A stretch of 64,000 bases of DNA from a bacterium (GTDB lineage: Bacteria > JADJOY01). Made by a program: the position numbers and the translations under genes. How positions within the stretch are numbered: position 1 is the first letter of the stretch; every line of letters begins with the position of its first letter. The notes beneath the pieces were generated by a model. It was not told the DNA's origin. It ran no database searches and saw only the letters and a program-made list of their open reading frames with translations. The DNA lies in the NCBI GenBank assembly GCA_046331705.1, contig JAXLQJ010000016.1, positions 1-64,000 on the forward strand, written 5' to 3'. This document shows positions 27,289-39,008 of this stretch, piece by piece.

Positions 27289-28383
27289 ATGAGGATCCGT
27301 GGAGCTATGGGGCGACGACGTGTCGCGAGGGCCGCCGCCGTGGCCGTCGCCGCAGGCCTCCTCGCGCTGGGCTCGGTCACACGGAGCGCGGCGCAATCGT
27401 GCGATCCCGCGACGGGTAGCCCGCCGGGCGAGCTCTTTCTGGGACCGAACGGCGAGCAGTTCTTTCCGCAGAACGCGTCGTGCCCGGATCAATTCGTGGC
27501 GCCCGTCTGCAAGAACGGCACGAAGCTCACCTACGTCGATCCACAGGACCCGAACCAGCTCAGGCGCTACGCGTGCGTCTCGTCGCCTGCGAACGCTTCG
27601 ACCTTGCCGCTGGTCGTGTTCCTCCATCCGTCGCGCATCCGCACCATCGACTCGCAGTTCGGCGGGCAGGGGCCGGTGGCGCCCTCCACGCAGCTCCAGC
27701 AGTACCAGGGCAGCGCGGACCTGGGCGGGGCGACGCCCGGCTACGTGCTGTTGATGCCGCAAGGGCGCTGCCTCAAGGCGCCGCCCTCGTCCTCCGGAGA
27801 CGGCACTCGCTTCGACGTGTTCTACAAGGACGCGGCCCAGAACCTCGACGTACGCGCGGTGCGCGCGTTCATCCAGCAGCTCGCCGACCGCAGCACCTTC
27901 GACGAGAACGGCAACGCCGTGGCGTTGCCGGCGTCGCTCGCCGCCGTCGATCCGAAGCGCGTCTATCTCATGGACTGGTCGAACGGCGGCTATCTGTCGC
28001 ACATGCTGGCGCTCAACTACCCCGAGCAGTTCGCGGCGGTGGCGAGCTTCGCCAACGGCGATCCCTTCGACCGTGGCCCGTGCCCGGTGCCGATGCCTGC
28101 CGTCAGCAGGCGCCCGGGAATGATGGTGGTCCACGCCGAATGCGATCCGCTGGTGCCGTGCAGCGAGGTCACGAGCTGGCTCGAGGCGCTGCGCGGCGCG
28201 GGCTGGTCGGTGGCGGACACCGTGGACGTGATCACCGACACCAACAAGATCCAGGTCCTCGCGCAGTGCTCGCAGAGCTCCCAGTCCGCGCAGCACCAGT
28301 GCCCGGCGTCGGCTCACAACACCTACGCGAACCCGCAGCTCCCCGCGATGTTCGCGTTTCTCAAGCGCTACCAGCTGCCGTGA
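27289..28383 (+). CDS. Secreted PHB-depolymerase/LpqC-like alpha/beta hydrolase
   Basis: Signal peptide; LPLVVFLH, VLLMPQG, VDPKRVYLMDWSNGG, HAECDPLVP, C-terminal His; start 27289 or 27307. Confidence 0.78.
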   Translation: MRIRGAMGRRRVARAAAVAVAAGLLALGSVTRSAAQSCDPATGSPPGELFLGPNGEQFFPQNASCPDQFVAPVCKNGTKLTYVDPQDPNQLRRYACVSSPANASTLPLVVFLHPSRIRTIDSQFGGQGPVAPSTQLQQYQGSADLGGATPGYVLLMPQGRCLKAPPSSSGDGTRFDVFYKDAAQNLDVRAVRAFIQQLADRSTFDENGNAVALPASLAAVDPKRVYLMDWSNGGYLSHMLALNYPEQFAAVASFANGDPFDRGPCPVPMPAVSRRPGMMVVHAECDPLVPCSEVTSWLEALRGAGWSVADTVDVITDTNKIQVLAQCSQSSQSAQHQCPASAHNTYANPQLPAMFAFLKRYQLP

Positions 28384-28397
28384 CGACGAGGCGACCC

Positions 28398-29828
28398 ATG
28401 CAGATTCGTTCCTTCGTGCGCGCGGCCTCGTGGGTCGCCGCGAGCTTCGCCCTCGGATGCGAGTCGCCGCCGAGCGGCGAGCTCTTCGACGCGGCGCTGC
28501 TCTCGGACGGCCGCGTGGCGGTGGTCGGCTACGTGGGGCTCGGCGATCTCGAGCGACCCTCGGTGACGCTGCTCGACGCCGATGGCCGAGAGCAATGGGT
28601 GCGGTATCTCGGCTCCGCGGTGGTCGGCGGCCTCGAGGTCGGGACCGCCAATCGGGTGGTGGTGGACGAGCTGGACCGCATCCACGTCGCCGGATTCGCG
28701 CGCACCGCCGCGGGTGTCGACGCGGGGATCGTGGTCTCGTACGACGCCGACGGGGATTTCCTGTGGGAGACGCGGCCTTTCACCGCGGGTGACAGCGAGA
28801 TCCGCGGGCTGGCGGCGAGCGGCGGCGACGTGTTCGTGACGGGTTACGCGCGTGGTGCGGCGGCGCCTGGCGAGTTCGCGCCGGTGGGCGTCTTGACCGC
28901 CAGGCTCAGGGGGACGGACGGCTGGGTGCTGTGGAGCGACGTCCTCGACGCCACGCCGGACCCGCTGGGCGTGACCACGGGACTGCACGTCGCCGTCGGG
29001 CCCGCGGGGCAGGTGGGCGTCGCCGGTTGCGCGACGGCGTCCGATGGTCACAGCGATTGGCTCGCGGCCGTGTGGGGGCCGTCGGGCCAGCGAGCGTGGC
29101 AGTCGCGCCGTCGAGGACCGGACGATCGCGGGCAGGATGCCGGCGATCTGAGCGTCGCCGTGGAGAGCGCGTTCGGGGACGATGGCGGGCTCTACGTCGC
29201 GGGAACGATCTTCGCGGGCAGCGCAGGCTCGGATGCGGAGCTGGTGAAGTACGCGGGCGACGGCGACGTCGAGTGGGTGCGTTCGTTCGGCGCCGCGCTA
29301 CCCGAGGGCGTGCCGAGCTACGACCGCGCGGACGCGCTCGAGGTCGTGGGCGACGAGGTGGTCTACGGGGGCGCGCGAGCGGCGATCGCGAACGACTGGC
29401 TGATCGACGAGAGCTTCGTCGCGACGGTCGACCTCGCTGGAGCGGGCCGCTGGGAGCACGGGTTTCCGGGTGCTGCGCAGAGCGGTGAGGAGGTCTTCGA
29501 TCTCGCCGCCGATGCCGCCGGCGATCTCTACGTCGCCGGCACGATCTCGGATCGGGGCTACGGCAAGGATCTCGCCGTGATGAAGCTCACTCCGACGGGC
29601 GAGGTGATCTGGTCGGAAGCGCTCGACGGCGTGGGGAGCGCGCTCGATCTCGACCGGATCGAGCGTCTATTGGCGCGGGACGAGACGGTCGTCGCGGTGG
29701 GCAAGATCGACTGGGGCTTCGGCGCTCACGTCGCCACCGCGGTGAAGCTCGACCCCGTCGATGGCTCGATCGAATGGGCCTTCCCCGAGACGCTGCACGG
29801 CAATCAGAAGATCCACGTCGTGCGCTGA
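28398..29828 (+). CDS. Beta-propeller repeat lipoprotein (SBBP-like)
   Basis: Lipobox ALGC; repeated DxxGxLYVAG / KYxxDGxxxW blades. Confidence 0.75.
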   Translation: MQIRSFVRAASWVAASFALGCESPPSGELFDAALLSDGRVAVVGYVGLGDLERPSVTLLDADGREQWVRYLGSAVVGGLEVGTANRVVVDELDRIHVAGFARTAAGVDAGIVVSYDADGDFLWETRPFTAGDSEIRGLAASGGDVFVTGYARGAAAPGEFAPVGVLTARLRGTDGWVLWSDVLDATPDPLGVTTGLHVAVGPAGQVGVAGCATASDGHSDWLAAVWGPSGQRAWQSRRRGPDDRGQDAGDLSVAVESAFGDDGGLYVAGTIFAGSAGSDAELVKYAGDGDVEWVRSFGAALPEGVPSYDRADALEVVGDEVVYGGARAAIANDWLIDESFVATVDLAGAGRWEHGFPGAAQSGEEVFDLAADAAGDLYVAGTISDRGYGKDLAVMKLTPTGEVIWSEALDGVGSALDLDRIERLLARDETVVAVGKIDWGFGAHVATAVKLDPVDGSIEWAFPETLHGNQKIHVVR

Positions 29829-29865
29829 GCGCCGGCTCGCGCGGCGAGCGCGGCGAGCGTGGCGA

Positions 29866-33030
<3,165 letters not shown>

Positions 33031-33464
33031 GGTCGTCGCGTGCGGGCGGTCCCGCGAGGGGCCGCCGCGTTCGGAGGTGCGTGGCGCGTCCGCCGCGGAT
33101 TGCAGCGGAAATGCGGTCGCGAGGCCCGAAGGCTTGTCCGTCGCGGCTTCGAAGGCAAGCGCGCGGACCGTGGGCCGGGAGGTTCGAGCGCGGGCAGCGG
33201 GTGGCGGGCCCGCGAGCTCTCGCGGTGCTGCGCGCGCCGCGCCCCGCGCGGACGATGGTGGTCACCGCAGCGCCTTGGTCGCGACGAAATCACCGTGATA
33301 CGATCGGCGATCTTTCTCGCGCACGGTACCGATCGTCGTGCTCGAGGCTGCTCCGGGCCTCGCGGCGAGCGCGAACCGCGGTGGCGGCCGCGTCACCCGA
33401 GCGGCGGCACACGGTGCCGGGTTCGCGCGGACTCGAGGACGATCGTTCGAGGGAGGTTTTCGCG

Positions 33465-34625
33465 GTGACGCCAGAGCTCACGAAGATACTTCGCTGCGTC
33501 GATTGCAACGGCACGTCGTTGGCGGTGAACGCCACCGAGACCGATGACGGCGACGTCGTCACGGGGCAGCTCAGCTGCACGGATTGCGGTGCCACGTATC
33601 GAATCGAGGAAGGCATCGCCATCTGTCTGCCGGCGGCGATGCGGAAGGTGGACGAAGACCAGCGCAAGCGCTGGTTCGACAAGCGCGAGCAGATCGAGCG
33701 CGAGCTGATCGACGAGGACCAGGAGACCTACAAGTCGCGATTCCGCGACGCCGCTCGGGCCGAGGGTCTCGACGAGTCCACCGACGGGTACCTGTGGGAA
33801 GTGCGCCTCTACGAGCACACGGTGGCCGACTTCGGCGAGCACTGGGAGCAGATGCCGGAGCGCTTCGGCATCAGCTGGCAGCGCGAGGAGTCCGGCGAGA
33901 AGGACCGCGACGATCGCGCGCTCAAGCACCTGCTCGGCCGCGAGGGCTCGCTCGAGGGGCGGCTGGTCCTCGACGCCGGCTCGGGCGCCGACGTGTACCT
34001 GGTGCGGCGCCTCCAGCAAGCGGGCGCCACGGTGGTCTGCTGCGACATCGTTCCGGGCATGATCAAGCACCTGCGGCGCGCCCACGAGCTCCGCCGCAAG
34101 ACCGAAGGCGGTGCGCGTTTCCAGGGCGTGTGCGGCGATCTCTCGTGCCTGCCCTTTCGGGACGACGTCTTCGACCACGTGTGCTGCTGGGAGTGCATCC
34201 ATCACGTGCAGCCGATCGATCGCGCCACGCGTGAGGTGGCGCGCATCACCAAGCCGGGTGGCGCGCCCTACGTGCTCGAGGTGAACGACCAGCACGTCTT
34301 CACGTATCCGGGAAAGATCTTCCCGCGCTTCCTGAAGCGCGTGATCCGGCGTGGCATTCGCCGCCTGTTCGGCACCGAGCGCCGCTACCTCGAAGGCTCG
34401 CCGTACGAGCAGATCACGCCGATCTCGGCGTTTGCCGCGTCGCTCGAGCGCAGCGGCTTCCGTGACGTCGGCATGTCGGTGGTGGTGCACTCGCCGGGTG
34501 TGTTCCCTGCGTTCGTGACGCGCGCCTGGGAATGGCTGGCGAAGCGTCTGCCGCGCGTCTTCGATCCGGTCGCGATGGAATTCATCCTCTGGGGCAAGAA
34601 GCCCGCCTCCGCCCTGCGTTCGTGA
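33465..34625 (+). CDS. Trm112-like zinc-ribbon fused to class I SAM methyltransferase
   Basis: LRCVDC..GQLSCTDCGATYRIEEGI; VLDAGSG, CGDLSCLPFRDDVFD, IHHV, KPGG; GGAGG RBS before GTG. Confidence 0.88.
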   Translation: MTPELTKILRCVDCNGTSLAVNATETDDGDVVTGQLSCTDCGATYRIEEGIAICLPAAMRKVDEDQRKRWFDKREQIERELIDEDQETYKSRFRDAARAEGLDESTDGYLWEVRLYEHTVADFGEHWEQMPERFGISWQREESGEKDRDDRALKHLLGREGSLEGRLVLDAGSGADVYLVRRLQQAGATVVCCDIVPGMIKHLRRAHELRRKTEGGARFQGVCGDLSCLPFRDDVFDHVCCWECIHHVQPIDRATREVARITKPGGAPYVLEVNDQHVFTYPGKIFPRFLKRVIRRGIRRLFGTERRYLEGSPYEQITPISAFAASLERSGFRDVGMSVVVHSPGVFPAFVTRAWEWLAKRLPRVFDPVAMEFILWGKKPASALRS

Positions 34626-35563
34626 GCCCCGGCGCCCGAGAGAGTCGCGAACAGTCGTTGGCGGAGGTTCGGCGCGGCACGGCGGCCGAGCCCCACCACG
34701 GACGCGTGCGACGTGGTCTGGCGTGGGTGCGTCGCAAGGTCTACCGCTACGTCCCGAGCCTGATTCCCTCCGAGAACTTCTCGCGCTCGCTCAACTTCTT
34801 CCTGTACCACACGCGCTTCGGCGGGCCCGCCGAGGTGGTCCCGCCGCCTGCCGCGGAGCGTGTGGTGGTGCTCGCGCCGCACGCCGACGACGAGACCATC
34901 GGCTGCGGCGGCGTGCTCAGTCGCTACGCGGACGCCGGTGCTGAGACCGCCGTGATCGTCGTCACCGATGGCCGCCGCGGCGACCCGGACATCTACCGCA
35001 GCGGTCTCGACGATCGCCAGCAGCGCGAGGCGGAGGATCGGCTGGTGCAGCGTCGCAAGGAAGAAGCGGCGCGCGCGGCGGAGATCCTCGGCGTCAAGAC
35101 GCTGATCTTCCTCGATCAGCCGGACGCGTGCGTTCGCCCCACCGCGTCGGCGGTCGCGCGCCTGCGCGGCGAGCTCGAGCGCCTCGATCCCCAGGTGCTG
35201 CTGCTGCCGTTCCTGATCGACAAGCATCCCGACCACCTCGAGACCAACGGCCTCTTCTTGCGCGCCGCGGCGAGCTTGTGGCCGAACGAGGCCGGTCCGA
35301 TCTGCTGGGCGTACGAGACCTGGACGCCGTTGCACGCCAATCGCACCGTGGACATCCGCGAGGTGGCGGATCGGAAATGGCGGGCGCTGGGTCAGTACGA
35401 GAGCCAGATCCGCCACATCGACTTCCTGTCCACGACCAAGGGCCTGAACGCGTACCGATGGGGCGCGATGTTCGGCAACAGCGGCTACGCCGAGGCGTTC
35501 TTCGGCTGCACGCTCTCCGAGTACCGCGCGCTCTGGAAGGCGATGACGGGCGAGACGATCTGA
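34622..35563 (+). CDS. PIG-L / LmbE family N-acetylglucosaminyl deacetylase
   Basis: LAPHADDETIGCGG, VTDG, RKEEA..A..LG, HPDH, YESQ, YAEAF; GTGA overlap with upstream gene. Confidence 0.9.
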   Translation: MSPGARESREQSLAEVRRGTAAEPHHGRVRRGLAWVRRKVYRYVPSLIPSENFSRSLNFFLYHTRFGGPAEVVPPPAAERVVVLAPHADDETIGCGGVLSRYADAGAETAVIVVTDGRRGDPDIYRSGLDDRQQREAEDRLVQRRKEEAARAAEILGVKTLIFLDQPDACVRPTASAVARLRGELERLDPQVLLLPFLIDKHPDHLETNGLFLRAAASLWPNEAGPICWAYETWTPLHANRTVDIREVADRKWRALGQYESQIRHIDFLSTTKGLNAYRWGAMFGNSGYAEAFFGCTLSEYRALWKAMTGETI

Positions 35564-35640
35564 GCCGCGCCACTCGAGGGGCCGCGCTCACGGCTCCCCG
35601 CGGGCCGCGACGGAAACGCGAACCCCGCTCTTCGCTCCGC

Positions 35641-35829
35641 TCAGAGCCGCTTGCGCAAGGCCTCGACGTCGTTCGCGAGATCGGTCGCGAGGGCGTCCAC
35701 GCGCTTGCGTGCGTCGCGAACCTGGACGGTCGCGTCGTCCACGAGGCTCGTGAGCTCGTTGGCGCGCCACGCCGCGTAGCCGGCGACTCCGAGGGCAACC
35801 ACCGCGAGCAAGAGCGTGACCATGTCCAT
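35641..35829 (-). CDS. Small TM + coiled-coil protein
   Basis: AAGGAG RBS; N-terminal hydrophobic helix then heptad-like helix; 11 bp downstream of ferredoxin gene. Confidence 0.7.
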   Translation of the reverse strand: MDMVTLLLAVVALGVAGYAAWRANELTSLVDDATVQVRDARKRVDALATDLANDVEALRKRL

Positions 35830-35840
35830 GGCTCCTTGGT

Positions 35841-36338
35841 TCAGTTCACGCCTTCGATGACGATGTCACCGGTGGGCTGGCACTGACACGCGAGGCGCCG
35901 CTTCCCCTCCGGTTGCGGACCGAGGAACGACACTTCCGTCTCGTTGACGGGCGGCAGACGATCCCCGCCCTCGTGCACGTCGATCGCGCACATCCCGCAG
36001 TCGCCGATCCCGCCGCAGGCGGTGGCGAGGCCGATGTCGTTGGCGAGCGCCAGCTTGAGCAGGTTCACGTCGTGCAGCAACGGCACCTGGCGATGGACCG
36101 GCTTGAGGTAGGTCACGATCGGGATGGGCCGCTTCGCGACTCGGTTGAGCGCGGGCACCACGCCGAGGATCGTTCCCCGGCTCGACTCGCGCAGCTCGCC
36201 GAGCGAGCCCTTGAGCAAGGCCACCTCGGCGTGGACCTCGCGCATCGCCGCGGGCAGCCGCGCGAGCCGCGCCAGCGCGAAGAGACCGGTCAGCAGCGCG
36301 AGCGCGGTGACGACGGCAGCGATCGCGGACAGGGTCAC
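35841..36338 (-). CDS. Membrane-anchored [2Fe-2S] ferredoxin-domain protein
   Basis: N-terminal TM + coiled coil; CGGIGDCGMC...RLACQC. Confidence 0.82.
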   Translation of the reverse strand: MTLSAIAAVVTALALLTGLFALARLARLPAAMREVHAEVALLKGSLGELRESSRGTILGVVPALNRVAKRPIPIVTYLKPVHRQVPLLHDVNLLKLALANDIGLATACGGIGDCGMCAIDVHEGGDRLPPVNETEVSFLGPQPEGKRRLACQCQPTGDIVIEGVN

Positions 36339-36666
36339 GACGAGTCTGCGCTGGGAAGGGAAGAGGGGAGACGCGCCACGGAAGCGCGCCCGTGTCTCGG
36401 CCGTTTCGAACGGCGGACTCTAGCCGCGCGTCTCCGCGCGCGTCAAGGAATGACGACGCGCGGGGGGACGGATCGCACGGCGCCGCGCGCGTCCGGCCGA
36501 ATGGTAATCGTGCCGGCGAGCCGTTAGACTTTTTCGAAAGAGAATCGCGCGAGCGTCCGCCGGCGCGGGGGTTGGGTCCGGCGATGGGGCGTCGACAGCG
36601 GCGCCGCCGTGCAGGCAGCGAGCGGCGGGTGCGAACGGTGCCACGGGTTCGGCGCGGAGGTCCACG

Positions 36667-38133
36667 ATGAAAGTCCTGTTCGTCTATTCGCTTCAGGGGG
36701 CCATCTCCGAGAAGCATCCGCTTCGGCTCTCGGAGTCGATGCACTTCGGGCTCTCGTACATCTCCTCGTTCCTCAAGGCGCGGGGCCACGAGACCCGATT
36801 GTTGACCATCGGCCGGCTGTCGAAGGCGCTCAACCCGAAGCTGGTGGACGATCAGCTCTCGGCGTTCCAGCCCGACTTGCTGGCGTTCACCGCGGTCACG
36901 ACGGAGTTCCCGTTCATGACCGAGGTCGCACAGTACGTGCGCGCCCAGACGGCGAAGCCGTATCTCTTGCTGGGCGGCTCGCACGTGACCCTGGATCCCG
37001 AGAGCGCGCTCGGCGGCCCGTGGGACGCGCTGTGCGTCGGTGAAGGCGAGCATCCCACGGCGGAGCTGCTCGAGCAGCTGGGCGAGGGGCGTCGCCCGGC
37101 CGGGATCAAGAACCTGTGGATCCGCAACGACGGCGGATGGGAACGCAATCCGACCCGCGAGTTCATCGGGGATCTCGACTCGTTTCCGTTCCCCGACCGC
37201 GAGATGTGGGCGCCGTGGATCAACGACTCGCCGGATGCGCGCTATTCCATCCTGCTCGGGCGCGGCTGCCCGTTCCCTTGTACCTACTGCGCGAATCACG
37301 CCCTCTGGCGTCAGGCCGACGGTGACTACGTCCGCTACCGGTCGCCCGAGAACATCGTGGCCGAGGTGCGCGAGCTCAACAGGCGCTTCCCGGAGAAGCG
37401 CGACTACTACATGGAGATCGAGACCCTGTCCCGCAAGAGCTGGGCGCTCAAGCTCTGCGAGGCGCTCGAGGAGCTCAATCGCGGGCTCGCCAAGCCGCTG
37501 CGCTTCGGCGTCAACGTGCGCATCACGCCCAAGACCAACTTCGAGGACATGTTCGCGGCGCTCAAGCGCGCCAACTTCACGTTCATCAACGTCGGGCTCG
37601 AATCCGGCAGCGAGCGAGTCCGCAAGGACGTGCTCAAGCGCAACGAGTCGAACGAGGACATCATCCGCACCGTCCAGACGGCGCGCAAGAACGGTCTGCA
37701 GGTCTCGTTCTACAACTTGATCGGGCTGCCCGGCGAAACCATCGAGGACCACAAGGAAACGATCCGGATGAACCGGATCTGCGAGCCCGACTGGCATTCC
37801 ACCTCGATCTTCTTCCCGTACCCAGGCACCGATCTCCATCGCATCTGCAAGGAAATGGGGCTGATCCAGGGAACCGTCACCGCCGACTTCATCGAGCGCA
37901 AGAACGCGTCCCTCGATCTGCCGGGGTTCCCCAAGCGCGACATCCTGCGCGCCTACCGCTGGTTCGACTTCCACGCGTTCAAGGGCAAGAAGCCGCTGCC
38001 CAAGCTGCTCTACCCGCCGCTCAAGGAAGGAGTGCGCGAGCGTCTGATGGCCTCGCCCTCGGGCCGACGGGTGTGGGCGCTGCTCGCCGGTGCACCGCTG
38101 CTGCGCCAGGCGGCCGCGGCGCTCAAGTCCTGA
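36667..38133 (+). CDS. B12-binding domain radical SAM protein
   Basis: GLSYISSFLK, LLGGSHVT, CVGEGE, GRGCPFPCTYC, GLESGS, PYPGTDL; GGAGG RBS. Confidence 0.92.
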   Translation: MKVLFVYSLQGAISEKHPLRLSESMHFGLSYISSFLKARGHETRLLTIGRLSKALNPKLVDDQLSAFQPDLLAFTAVTTEFPFMTEVAQYVRAQTAKPYLLLGGSHVTLDPESALGGPWDALCVGEGEHPTAELLEQLGEGRRPAGIKNLWIRNDGGWERNPTREFIGDLDSFPFPDREMWAPWINDSPDARYSILLGRGCPFPCTYCANHALWRQADGDYVRYRSPENIVAEVRELNRRFPEKRDYYMEIETLSRKSWALKLCEALEELNRGLAKPLRFGVNVRITPKTNFEDMFAALKRANFTFINVGLESGSERVRKDVLKRNESNEDIIRTVQTARKNGLQVSFYNLIGLPGETIEDHKETIRMNRICEPDWHSTSIFFPYPGTDLHRICKEMGLIQGTVTADFIERKNASLDLPGFPKRDILRAYRWFDFHAFKGKKPLPKLLYPPLKEGVRERLMASPSGRRVWALLAGAPLLRQAAAALKS

Positions 38134-38212
38134 TCGCTCCGTGGAATCGCCGCGACCGCGTGCGAACGCGGACCCGCGCACTGCCTCACCGGACGCGACC
38201 GCGGAAGAGCGC

Positions 38213-38860
38213 GTGAGCGACGCGTCCGCCGACGGCGGCAACGCCGTGGCTCGGTGGTGGATCCGTCGCGAGCCACCGGCGCGTGGGCGGCTGATCGCGG
38301 GTGCCGCCGGCTTCTCGCTCGCCGTCGCCGCCGCGGCTACGGGAGCGTCGCCGATCTCGCGTGCCCATCTCGGCGCCGTCGGGCACGGTGTCGTCGGCGC
38401 GCTGGTGGCGACGCTCGCGACGGTGGCCCTTCAGCGCGCCGCGCGCCGCTGGGCGCGTTCGCTCGGCTACCAGCCGTTCACGTGTCGCTGGGCGCGGCTG
38501 CGTGCGGACGAATCCCAACGCCTCCTCGTCGCCATCCGGGACGGCGCGCTGGCCGCTGGCCTGCGGGTGCGCTGGCACGATCGGTGGGGCGGGGTGATCG
38601 CCGAAGGTTCGATGCCGTTCGGCCCGACGCGCCTGCGCTTGCGTACCCGAGGTGCCGATACCAACGACGGTCGCGCGGAGCTCTCGATCGCGCTTCGCCG
38701 CGTCGCTTGGCTGCGACCCGAGCGGGCGGCGGCGCTGTGGACCTTCGGCGACGCGCTGGTCGGCGGCGCGGACGTCCCGGTGCTCGCCGAACGGGATCGG
38801 CCAGCTCCCCGGCGCGCCGATCGCAACGCCTGGGCGGCGACCATGGAGCCACCCGAATAG
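38213..38860 (+). CDS. Hypothetical membrane protein
   Basis: Two hydrophobic segments then alpha/beta-like text; start uncertain. Confidence 0.45.
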   Translation: MSDASADGGNAVARWWIRREPPARGRLIAGAAGFSLAVAAAATGASPISRAHLGAVGHGVVGALVATLATVALQRAARRWARSLGYQPFTCRWARLRADESQRLLVAIRDGALAAGLRVRWHDRWGGVIAEGSMPFGPTRLRLRTRGADTNDGRAELSIALRRVAWLRPERAAALWTFGDALVGGADVPVLAERDRPAPRRADRNAWAATMEPPE

Positions 38861-39008
38861 GGTGTCGATTCGCACGTGTTCGGCGCTCGCCGGGGTGGCA
38901 GTTGCGCCGAGCCCCACTTCTTCTTCACAATCTTGAGGTGTTCCGTCGTGGTGCCGATGACTCCTGGGCGGGTACGAGAGCCGAGGATTCGTGACTTCCA
39001 GGAGTGAC

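Noticed and set aside
33031-33460. T-box riboswitch or Ile-rich attenuator upstream of ileS
   Set aside because: Hairpin-rich, but no GGTGGNACCGCG T-box on the minus strand and no short Ile-run leader peptide with a stop.
36340-36660. Cobalamin riboswitch upstream of the B12 radical SAM
   Set aside because: GGGAA is present, but no CCCGC-ACTGT or GCCACTG core elements.
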